A DNA stretch of 64,000 nt from Flectonema sp. DT1601 (lineage: Eukaryota): positions 186,001 through 250,000 of the forward strand of contig OZ025800.1 of NCBI GenBank assembly GCA_964019425.1, in the 5' to 3' direction. This document shows positions 13,979 through 24,500 of the stretch, one piece after another. The first letter of the stretch is position 1; each line of letters opens with the position of its first letter. The translations under genes and the position numbers were made by a program. Under the pieces are notes generated by a model. The model saw only the letters and a list, made by a program, of their open reading frames with translations, was not told where the DNA came from and made no database searches.

Positions 13979-14650
13979 TCACACTCCACCGTAATTATGT
14001 TGGCGCAGAGCAGACAACCCTGGGGTTACTGGTGGGGCATAAGACTGGCCACTGTAAGCAGAACTTGAAGCATAACGCGACTGTCTAGCAGGTGTGCTAT
14101 AATAGTGCTGAGGCCGACCCTCAGAAAGGAGTGAAATCAAGTGAGCTATCGGATCAGCAGGTCGAATGGCAGCAACTTCGTTAATAGCAGGAGAGAGTTT
14201 AGGGAAAACTACACGATTTAGATAATCGAATGCTGCCTCAGTCACCGGATCCTTGTCACTTGAATTTTGCGACGCTACAGCTTGTCCAGAAGTTTGGAGT
14301 ACCGAGCGAATCTCCTTGCAGGCCGTTAGCTCTTCAGCAGTTTGACCTGAGTCATTACGTGCTGTCGGATCAATGGTTCCCTTTTCAATCAAATATTCAA
14401 TTAACTCCTTGCGTGAAGATTCGACTTGTCCTTCCGCCTCGCCGTCGTTCGATCTACAAATATGGTGCAATAGTGTTCCTCCACAATCTGCTCTGTGGTT
14501 GTCTACTGCAAAACTATACTGCTGCAATACACTTACAGATCCTAACTTAACGGCAGTCTTGATAACAATCGACTCGTCTCCCCCTTCCACGACCCACTTA
14601 TCTATGTTTTCATAGTCACGATTAGAAATCCATACCTCAAGATGTGCCAT
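13979..14650 (-). CDS. Ankyrin-repeat protein with C-terminal Dpy-30-like dimerisation motif
   Basis: GGTLLHHIC...LIEYLIEKG..DPTARNDSGQTAEE (ankyrin); YLNRVVFPKLSPAINEVAAIRPADPIAHL (Dpy-30/RIIa-like). Confidence 0.8.
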   Translation of the reverse strand: MAHLEVWISNRDYENIDKWVVEGGDESIVIKTAVKLGSVSVLQQYSFAVDNHRADCGGTLLHHICRSNDGEAEGQVESSRKELIEYLIEKGTIDPTARNDSGQTAEELTACKEIRSVLQTSGQAVASQNSSDKDPVTEAAFDYLNRVVFPKLSPAINEVAAIRPADPIAHLISLLSEGRPQHYYSTPARQSRYASSSAYSGQSYAPPVTPGLSALRQHNYGGV

Positions 14651-15073
14651 TGTTTTAATTGCCGGCCTGAAATCTTAAATGAATAATGATTCCTCAACTA
14701 CATTTTTCAGGCGCTTCTGATGCGGACAGAATAATAAAAACATCTTCTCAAGGACATCGTACAGACCGGAAAGAATGCCCCTCTATCAACAAGAGACGTC
14801 TTCGAGTCTCAGCCCAGTCCTACCATCTACGTGCCGTCCCAAGAATCTCGTCATCAGCATCTCTAAGCGATCCATCCTGCGTTCCATCGTGTCATGTTCT
14901 GCCTTCGACTTCGTCTCAGTTTTCTTTAACACAACTGGCACCACTGAAACCACTTCTTTTAGTGCTCCCTTCCTCTCCTCAATCTTCTCACCCGTTTCCC
15001 GCCAGAGTTTCTTCCCTCTGAAAGGACAGCCAATGCTGGTGTTGACCAAAAGATTTTTTTTTTTTTTAAAAGA

Positions 15074-17224
15074 ATGAATGTAGGCCTGTTCCAATGCTGG
15101 AACGAGGCGAACTCGATGGTGTCAGGCTACGCGGCGGCGAGACACAAGAGTTTCGCAAGCAAGGGGGAGGCGGAGGGATACCTCCGAACCCACCTGCTGG
15201 GGGAGGTGGTTGGGGAAGTAGGGACGAGGTACACCTTGGTGTACGCGTGCGAGGTAGACCCGATAACGGGCCGTCTGGGGGCGGCGGCGAGCTGGCTGGA
15301 CACACACCGGTTCGAGGTGTTGGGCACATGGTCAGCTGGCCTGCCAGCGGGAGACACACACTGGGGGCGATACTTCGCAGCCCTGGTGGGGCTGGTAGCG
15401 GCCAAGGCGTGTGGAGGCCTCGTCCCAGCGGAGGCATCCCTGCTGCTGCGAGGAAGCACGACACACTGGTCGACGGACCAGAGAGAGGTGCTGGAGGAGG
15501 CGGATTTGATGGGGAGGCGTACGACGCTGGTGGAGATGCCAGAGGGGATGAGAACACACGCGACGGAGGAGGCGGAAAAAGCGGCGAAAGAGGGCTCGAC
15601 CTCAGTGACGGAAGCCGTGATGAAGGTTTTCACAGAGGGGGCAACGAACTGCCTGGGACACGGGACACGGACGGGGAGTCCCTTCACGGTGCGGTGGGAG
15701 GGAAGACAACTGCGTCTGGAACCCCAGTACACGGAAGGGGGGACGGGATCGTCAGGCGGCCGAGAGTCGGTGGAAGGAGAAGACGCGAGGGTGGAGGGCC
15801 GAGACGAGCAGAGCCCGGTCCCAACCCCGAAGGGGGCCGTACAAAGGGTAGAGGCGGGAGTCCTGGAGTTGAGCTCGGAAGGGTCGGAGGGTGTTGACGA
15901 TAGATCATCCTCCCCAGCGACAGGGCAGGACGAAGGGAACGGTTCCATGTCGGGAGGCTCCTTGGGGAGTCCAGGGACGTCGGACACGGAAGCGGAAGAA
16001 CAGACGGAAGAAATGGACCAGTCCGTAGACCCGTCGGCAGCAGAAACCTCAGGCGAAAACCATCACCTGGCCGAGGACCTGCAAGCCGAGAAGGGGGACG
16101 AGCTGGACGAGACGTCCCACCACTCAGGAGAGCCACCGTCGTCAGACGGCATGGACGGAGTGGAGGGGTTGAAGGACCTAGCAGACTCACAGTCGGAGAT
16201 GGAAGTCGACGGAGAAAATGTGACGGAAGGGTCAGTAGTCCAGTACGTCGAGGAAACGTCAGAGGACGTGGCCCAGGTGGCAGAGTCGGACACAGAGGAG
16301 GAGGGATCGTCAGACTCCCAAATGACCATGACGGTCGATGAACAGGAATTGGAAGAAAGAGCGGCGCCCGAGGGGAACGCAGGTCAGATGACCTGGATGC
16401 TGGGACTACATCCAGAAGGGGGGAACGCGGATACACGACGGGAGGGCCGATCGGAGCCCCTTTCAAAGCTGGTGAACTCAGGCGAAACAAAACCAATGGC
16501 CGAGAGATCTAGTTTGGGGGCGAAGATGGGACCACGCACAGTGGGTAGTGTCGGGAGCGGGGAAGACGCAGAGAGATCGCCGGGCACGGTGTCGACACCG
16601 AGCACGAGAGGGAGGACGAAGTACAGAAAGGTGGAGGAGGAGAGGGAGGAGTGTGTGTCGCCGAAGACAAATACGGGAAGGGGACGCACGAGAGGCCGGA
16701 AGGCAAAGACGGGGGCAAAGGGGGCCGGAAAGGAGGACCCGAGTCCGCAGGTGTTGCAGGCGGAAATGGGAGAGTCCACCCCGAGCTCAGGTGAACGGCA
16801 GGCGAGGAGGAGGTACAGGAAGGGAGAAGAGAGGGAGAGGATAGAGGTTCTCTCCCCAGACCCGAGCAGGAAAGCGAAGAGGAAGAGACGCAAGCAGAAG
16901 GAACCGGAGCCAGTGGAGGGCACCACGAGGGAACAGGCGCCGCGGAGTTACAACAGGAAACCCACACTGCGTCGGGTAGGTAAGGGAGACTCACCCGACA
17001 CAATGGGGTACGCACACGGGCCCCCGGGCTCCCTGACCTCGTACACGGACGCGGGCGTACGCCCGGAGCCGGCGGAGCGAGACGGACAAGGTGTGGCAGG
17101 AGTAGAGTTGGTCACAAGGTCGTCGTCACAGAGTGAGAAAAGCACCCAAGGAGAGATGAGGGAGAGAGAAGGGGATCCAACGCGAAGGGTCCTGGACTTC
17201 TCGTCGAAAGGGGTAAGGCGCTAG
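15074..17224 (+). CDS. Truncated retroelement ORF: RNase H1 N-terminal (hybrid-binding/Caulimovirus viroplasmin-like) domain, degenerate RNase H-like segment, long acidic/basic disordered tail
   Basis: VGLFQCWNEANSMVSGYAAARHKSFASKGEAEGYL matches the RNase H1 HBD pattern. The ATG straddles the insertion junction, so it is probably not the native start. Confidence 0.7.
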   Translation: MNVGLFQCWNEANSMVSGYAAARHKSFASKGEAEGYLRTHLLGEVVGEVGTRYTLVYACEVDPITGRLGAAASWLDTHRFEVLGTWSAGLPAGDTHWGRYFAALVGLVAAKACGGLVPAEASLLLRGSTTHWSTDQREVLEEADLMGRRTTLVEMPEGMRTHATEEAEKAAKEGSTSVTEAVMKVFTEGATNCLGHGTRTGSPFTVRWEGRQLRLEPQYTEGGTGSSGGRESVEGEDARVEGRDEQSPVPTPKGAVQRVEAGVLELSSEGSEGVDDRSSSPATGQDEGNGSMSGGSLGSPGTSDTEAEEQTEEMDQSVDPSAAETSGENHHLAEDLQAEKGDELDETSHHSGEPPSSDGMDGVEGLKDLADSQSEMEVDGENVTEGSVVQYVEETSEDVAQVAESDTEEEGSSDSQMTMTVDEQELEERAAPEGNAGQMTWMLGLHPEGGNADTRREGRSEPLSKLVNSGETKPMAERSSLGAKMGPRTVGSVGSGEDAERSPGTVSTPSTRGRTKYRKVEEEREECVSPKTNTGRGRTRGRKAKTGAKGAGKEDPSPQVLQAEMGESTPSSGERQARRRYRKGEERERIEVLSPDPSRKAKRKRRKQKEPEPVEGTTREQAPRSYNRKPTLRRVGKGDSPDTMGYAHGPPGSLTSYTDAGVRPEPAERDGQGVAGVELVTRSSSQSEKSTQGEMREREGDPTRRVLDFSSKGVRR

Positions 17225-18150
17225 GGACTCCACGAAGGAGGTCTCAAGAGTCGAGGAAAAGACAGAGCCAAGACCCCAGAGCCAACCCAAAACACATGGT
17301 AGAGGACGAGGGAGAACAAGAGCGGGAGCGAGGTTAGAAACGTGACCAAAGCCCCCGCGAAGCAGGAGACACAACCTGCAACCAGACCCCCCCCAAAAAA
17401 AAAACCCCGGTCAACGAGGCAAACTCGGACCAAAACATGCTTTTCACCCCCCCCAGGAAACACCGACCAGTGGAGCCAAAGGCCGCACACATATTATAAA
17501 AATCAAAGGCCGCCCCCCAACCCAAGAAAAGGATGAAAAACTTTCAAGCGAAAAAACTTGACGTCCGTACGCCCCAGAGATCAAAGGACGGACGACTCAT
17601 ACCCCCTTCTTTCGCCCCATTTTATTTACTGGTACAGCGACAAATGTAAAGCTGGGTAGACGACGAATTATTTTTTGTGCACAGAGACAAGGGATCCATG
17701 AGAACAAAGGATCAAGAGAAGAAGTGCACATTCCCCATCCCAAACCCAGAAACATGAGAACTCATTAAATTGAAGGGTCATGTCTTTTCAAGTCGAAAAA
17801 TGCTTAAATGCTAAAGAAGACTGTCGTCCCCAGCTCGCGGGTTTTCCCTGTCGCTGTATGTCGAGACAACGATCAGAGTCAGTAGAAAGATTGTACAAAT
17901 TTGTTGTATAATGAGAAAGGACAAAGAAAGTAGTTTCCATTTTATCTTCCCGGGAAAAAAAAAAAAGAAAAGAGGAAAAACCCGCAAGTTTGCGGGTTTG
18001 CGGGTTCGGGCCCCGGACTTTGAGAGCTTGCTCGCCTTCCAAGTACACACCTTCACTCACCTACCAACAGAAAGGGTAGAGAAAGGCGACTCACTTAGCA
18101 GGGGTTGAAAGTACGGCTAGGAAGGTTCCCAAAAAAAAAAAAAAAAAAAA
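15076..18150 (+). mobile_element. 5'-truncated non-LTR retrotransposon (element 1), related in its 3' architecture to element 3
   Basis: Abrupt GC- and purine-rich block ending in a ~24-nt poly(A) at 18131-18154. Candidate TSD AAAAGAAT at 15068-15075 and 18151-18158. No RT retained. Confidence 0.75.
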
Positions 18151-18523
18151 AAAAGAATTTAATAATTTAAAAAAAATAAATAAAAAAAAAGTTTTATTTA
18201 TTTATTTATTTATTTAGTCACATCCCCCCTGTCTTTCCACTTTATTTTTCTTCATTCTGAGCATTCTTGCCCTTCTTATTTTTTGATAAAGTAAACAAGT
18301 AAAAACAAGCGCAACTGACCTGAGTCCGTTGGAGGACTTCCCCGGATAGGAAACTCAAGACACAGTTAATATAAAGCGAAGGATCAGTACAGGGACGGTG
18401 GCCAAAGACCACTGGGTTACCTACGAGCCATGAAGCTCTGCGGATGTCCTCAGAGAAATTAGGAGATGATTAAGGAGTGTGATAAGGGAGAATGATACTA
18501 ATGAATTAGCAACTACCAATCAG

Positions 18524-21134
18524 TTAACAGTTTGATAAGCCTGTTCGTTGTTCCAAATGCCATAAGTAGCCGGCTAGGGCGTGAAGATTTCTCGTCGCAA
18601 ACATTATTGAAAGATTTAGTTTGGTCTCGGAGATTCTCGCTTCCTGAATGTTTGATCTAATTGTTCCTTCTCTAATGCGGACCACGTCACCATCCTCGCA
18701 ATCAAATATTAGATGTCGGGCAGAAGAGTCTGTTCTTTTGCAGAAGGGGCACTTTATCGGTAGTTCATTTACCCTGAGCAGGGGGTGAGAGCCCGTTCTG
18801 AACCTGGCTATCCTTATCTCTGATTCTCTCAGCATGTCCTTGGGGTATCGAGCCGCTCTCAGGCCTCCGGTAGCATCAAGATATTGCCTAAGCATCACCC
18901 GTTTGATCGGTGGTTTCGCCCTTGTTGAACCCTCCATAATCTTACCAAACAGCTTTCTGTTAGCTTCTCTCACTATCCTTGACTTATGTGCGAAGAAGTC
19001 CATAGTCGTTGACACCGGCTTGCTCTTAACATCTTTTGAGATCTTTTTCGCCAGTTCATCTGCCTTGTCATGCGGTTCAATTCCCACGTGAGCTGGGATG
19101 AATTGAAGGTGTACGAATGAGTCTAATTTTCTTATCCCTTCTAGTATCGAGAGAGAGTTCAGCTTCCTCTGAGCCGCAATTCCACCACGCAGCTCATCCA
19201 GATTGGATTTAGAATCACTGAAGACTCTCGTGATTCCAGATCTGGGACCCAAGACAGAGGTTGCTTTTCCAAATTCACTTATTAACAGCTTCAGAGTTAC
19301 CTGTTCCGCTTTATAACTACTTTCCGTTGCAACAAGTCTCGATGCCATGGTCCGTTCACACGGCGTGATCTGCACTGCCGCTGCGCCTGCCGTGTAGTTG
19401 ACAGGGTCGTGGGATCCGTCAACAAAAATGGACGAGGTACATGGCCTAAGTTCGCTGCAGTACTCCTCGAACTTAGCCTTGTCCACTTCAGCAACACCGG
19501 TCTTCGAATGTCCATATCCGCAAGATATCTCCAGGTTCGGAACATCTATCCATGGCTCGATGCTGTCAGGCATGACAATCCCCTGGATCTCCATATTACG
19601 GTCCTCGGCCGGTAAAGTTGAACTCCAAGTTCCACTAGCGATTCCCTTCGTAGAAGGAACCCAATCCAGTGACCGATACCTAAATAAAGCAATCCTGGCT
19701 TGCTTCTCAATCTGCAGTCTCATCGGGAGTATGTTCGCCTCCCACAGTAACGGAAGGGACCTTGTGTTGAAGCCGCAGCCGGTGATCTTTCTAGCTATCT
19801 TCCTCAGATTCAGGTCAATAGGTTTAAGCTGTTCATCTGTCAGGAAAGGTCCATAGCTCTCGAGCCCATACAGAATCCTTGAGAGGATGTATAAGTTCTT
19901 GATCATGTTCAGCGTTTTGAAATCAAAGTTGAATAGCTCCAACTTTCGGAGCAGAACAAGTCCCTTCCTCGTCTCATCAAGTAGTTTATCCACTTGCGTA
20001 CCATATTTCAGGTCATCGTCAATATGGACACCCAAGTACTTAACACTATCCACCATCGGCATGAGTACGGCAGTCAGCAACTTCACCCAGGTCGGATCCG
20101 GTCCCACTGGCATCAGTGCAAGAAGTTCACTTGCCTTCGTAACCTCAGTATCACCCAGCTTGAGGATCATCGCCCCATTTCCAAGTAATGGCCTACCTTC
20201 TTCATTTGACCGAATCATCCCAGCTAGTTCTTCCCTACTGATCCGAAAGAAGTTCTCTCCTGACGTTCTGGGGAATCCCAGCCTCCAATACATATTCCTA
20301 GGACAATCCACCGGCATCCCGCAGGTCTTCGAAACCGACAGTGCCATGTCATTATCTTTGCACCAACGATCTACTAACCCAAGGACTAATTGCGCCATCC
20401 GGTAAGTTACTTTAAAATCCTTATTCGAAACCACACAAGCTGTGTCGTCTGCGTAGAGTGCTGAAACACATCCAGTCTTCTCAAGTTTCTTAGCCAGGTC
20501 GTCGACATATATCAGATAAAGGAGAGGCCCAACAATCGACCCTTGCGGAACACCTTTCGTCACAGTTCTGTATGCGCTCAGATTGCCATTGACACTAACC
20601 TTTGCTTTCCTTCGCGTCAGAAAGTCAGCAACCCATCCGATGAATGGTGAAGGAATCCCCATCGTCACCATTTTAGCAATCAGTTTAACATGATTTATCC
20701 TATCAAAAGCCTCAGTGAAGTCGAAAGAGAGTAGAATTGAACTCTTACCACCTTTTCTCGCACCATGAAGCGCATTGACCAGCAGTGAGATTTGCTCGCA
20801 AGTATTCCTACCCCTTCTGAAACCTGCCTGAATCGAGGACAAGGCATTATTTGACGTCAACCAATACATCAGCCTGTCGTAAATTATCCGTTCAAGCATT
20901 TTACCGACTACAGATGTCAACGTGATCGGCCTGTAGCTGGATAGCTTTTCCTTGGGTTTACCCGGTTTGTATACCGGTTTAATCATACCCTCTTTCCAGA
21001 CCTTCGGAACTCTAGCTGAGAGCCAGGAGTCGTTGAATACCGATAAGAGAAATCGTCTACCGGTTGCTGATAGGTTCTTCAGCATCGCCCCGTGGATTCC
21101 ATCAGGACCAGGAGCCTTACCAGCTTTTACCTTC
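18524..21134 (-). CDS. Element 2 ORF, 3' part: reverse transcriptase, RNase H, CCHC zinc knuckle
   Basis: KAPGPDG, SYRPITL, DFTEAFD, GVPQGS, YADD, KYLGV; RNase H FVDGS...AE...SDSKS...IPAHVG...DKADELAK; CPFC...RHLIFDC. Confidence 0.95.
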
Positions 21135-21543
21135 TTTTTTTTTGAGGGAGGTGAGAGGCAAGTATGGCAGGAGAGCAAACCCTCGGAACCAGCGATCCTT
21201 ATGTTACATGAGTGTGCGCTAAAAAGATAAACTGCAACACAAGTTTTGGGCCGGTTTTCTAGGTCCTACCATATCTGTCGCCGAAGCGAAGAAAAGAAAA
21301 AGGAAAAAAAAAAACAATATTTGTGGTTGTGTTTGCGCTGATGGTTGCACTCCCACTTCCAGCGTGTTTTTTCTTTCTTCTTACATTTACATACAGTTTA
21401 CATACAACTCTGTCTTCCTTTTCACTCTTCTTTTTTTTTTTTTTTTCATTTTTCTTTTAACATGTTTGCTTCTTTACATTTTTTACAAGTTCACTTCTTT
21501 ACATTTAATTTTTTCCGTTCATTCACTTTCCGTTTCATGCTTC

Positions 21544-24500
21544 TCACATGGCATCGTTTTTCGATCGCGATCCCCGTGATTTCCTTTTCCTCTTCTCTTT
21601 CCCACGCCGCGATCTCTCCAACAATCCGCAGCATTCAGCGTAGTCACACTTCACGCACATGACTACCCGCGTTCCCTTCGCGATCCGCTCTCCACACCTA
21701 TCACACCATCCCTTCGTCGGGTGTTTCACCGGATTCTTGATCGCTGCTTGCGGTATCTCCTTTCCGCACCCACACATCCCTACTGGGGGGCGGTCTTCTT
21801 GTGTCGGTGGGGAGCAGATCGAGCTCGAGTCTGACGTCATCTTGTCTGAGTCATGGTCCATGGTAGGCTCCGTGGTGGTTTCAGGCACAATATTTTTCTC
21901 GTGTGTGCTTGTTACCGCCTGTGAGACTTCCTTACCGTTCTCCTCCTTCCACTTTAACAATCTCCTCCCGACTTTTTCCTCACCTCTCACCCATCGGTAG
22001 GCCTCTTCGCTGGCTTCGGGGGGCAGGCGCTCCAGCCTCAGCGTTGATCCAAGTCGATGCGCCATTCTCTGCGAGACCTCGATGTATCGTCGGTGTGACT
22101 CTACTGAGTGCTCGAGTGAGCCGTACGCCACTATTTCCTTCACTGCGTCTCCGTAACTTAGCAGCTGCGCCATCCCGATCCCTAACGCCTTACCCTCGCG
22201 GTTCGGCGAGCATTCCTTGAGGGGGAATCTCCACATGTGGATCACTTCACCGCCACTTACAACACACGTTCTCGTCTCCCTCTGTGTTGCTGCGTAGAAC
22301 AGTTCATAGATGGGCTTTTCAGAGTGCCATTCTATGAGCTCGATCTTCGCCCTCTTCTTCGAATCTCTAAAAGCCGCTTCCGGTTCCGACTGTCCTCGCA
22401 CTCCCTCCTCAGGCTCATGGATCGCACTTGGGCGCCATCCTATTCGGGGCTCACGTCCATGGTGGGGATCTGCCGATCCTTCCTTCGGCTCCTCGACTGG
22501 TTCCGCTGGCTTCGGTTTCTGTTCTACCTCTGTTTCGCCTGTCATCACTTGGCACACCCACTGGTAAGCTGTGTGCTTTACTTCGACAGGTAGGTCCGCC
22601 AGCCTCAACACTAGTCCTCGTGCCCTTACCACGCTACTTATCGCCCCGAATTTCTCCCACCGTTCTCTCGTCCACTGTTCCAAGGGTGCGTATGCTTGCA
22701 CTTCCACGGGTCCCTCCAGGAGGCCCTTCCCTGTGACCCATTCCAGTGCCAATTCTAGTGCGGCCAGCATGGGGTCTTTTTCCTCTCCTGTGGTCTCATG
22801 CCACTTCTTCATCACTGGTCCTCCGCCACTCCGCACCAGGCACGCCCTTCCGGTTTTGCCTAAGAAAAGGTACACAGCTGGATGTGGTGGTGTTGGCTGC
22901 GTTAACCCTTTCGTGGCTCTGTGCTCTTCGACGTACTCCCGTGCTCTCCTGTCCGTGCAAAGCTTCTTCACCTTCCCACCTGGACAGCGTAGCACTTGCA
23001 GTGAGGCTTCACTCCATGTGCTGTACGTTCCTGGACGCCGTCCACACGGGACCGCGTACCGCCGATTTCTGCGTGGGCCTTTTACTGGCTTGTCTGCTGT
23101 CTTATACTCTGGGTCAGTGCTTCTCAGGAAAGCCTCCGCCTCCTCTCCATTATTGAAGCCCTGATAAACAGCGCAAGAGAGTCCCTTCGTCTGTTTCTCG
23201 GCCTCTGCCCAGCTATTCACGATGGTAGTGCGTCCCCTTCCCTTCGAGATAGCATAGAGCTTGAACTTGCTCTCCATTCGCGTCGCCGGTTGACTCCTCT
23301 GGCCTTTCGTTGTGTGTGCTCGTATTGTGACACGCGTGGCGTTCTTCTTCTCGCACCGACCTAGTGTCTTCACCGTCCTTAGCAGGTTCGGTGGGTTTTG
23401 GGTCCGTGTTGATTGTGGTACTTCACACTGTGTCCGTGACTTTTGCGTTCCAGGCCGTATGAGCATTTCACTGTTCACTTGCCTATAATCCCTTCCTTCC
23501 ATTCCGTGCTGCTCTGGGGGCGTTACCCTGACCACCTGTGGAGCTAGTCGTGGCATCATCGGAACTTCATTTGCGCAGAACATCTCCTTTGTAGCTTGTC
23601 TTCGCAGGAATAGCACGTAAGGGACAGACGACAGCACCTCTCGCCAGCTTGTTGCTCGCTCCACCTCATCGTCCTGGTACCTCCAGCCGCCCGGTGATAG
23701 GGTGAAAGACGTGTAGTGACCCGATCCCAGACACCCCTGATGGACCACCACAGCGGACACCCTATAGTCGGCCTGTATCTTGCTGTTCCGCATCGACACT
23801 TGTTCTCCCAGCGCCATTTTCGTGGCATTCTCGTTCACAATGCATACGATCATCGTTTCCGGCGCCTCCATCAAGATCCTGCGCTCCTGCAAAGACCCCG
23901 TACCGCACAGTCCGCACACGTAGTCCTGTGGTATCGTCGTCGACTCCAGTGCCGACTGTAGGTCCCATCCCCGCAGTATCAGGCCGCAGTCCAGCTCGAT
24001 TGATTGGCTCCCTCCGCCACAGCATATGCACGTGCGTTCTACTGCCACCATGCATGTGAAAGCGTTTGCTAAGAGGTCGCCTGGTCTTGCTCTTTCCTGC
24101 AGGTCCGACACTATGTGTAGTAGGGCTCCGTGGGCGTCCTGTTGTCCTCTTCCCATCCATTCTCTTGTGATCCTCGTTATCTCTCCTTGCGACCCACCTC
24201 CCTGCACCAGTGCTAGTGCGCACACTGTGCACCTCGTCCCGCATACGTGAGGGGTGTTCCGTGCCCGCTGGAAATCCACATGCGACCCCTTCAGTAGTGC
24301 CTGCAAGGTGGCGTTCAGGTAACACGAGTCTCCGAGGTTCGTCAGGCCCTCCATCCAGGTGGTCCGCGTCTGGATATTCGTCCCACCCCCTTGGCTCTGC
24401 GGTTCGGTGACGTCCGGGCCTCTGCTACCAAGACACGGGGCCGCTGGCGCTACCCGCGTGCAGAAAAGGTTTGATTCCGGTTCACAGTCCTCCATGAGTA

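Noticed and set aside
14786..15094. 102-aa minus-strand ORF next to element 1
   Set aside because: It starts inside the element junction and crosses a homopolymer; it might be an orphan exon, but no product can be supported.
21135..21178. Start of the 884-aa RT ORF (MLSCHTCLSPPSKKK)
   Set aside because: These codons are element 3's 3' UTR end and poly(A) tail.
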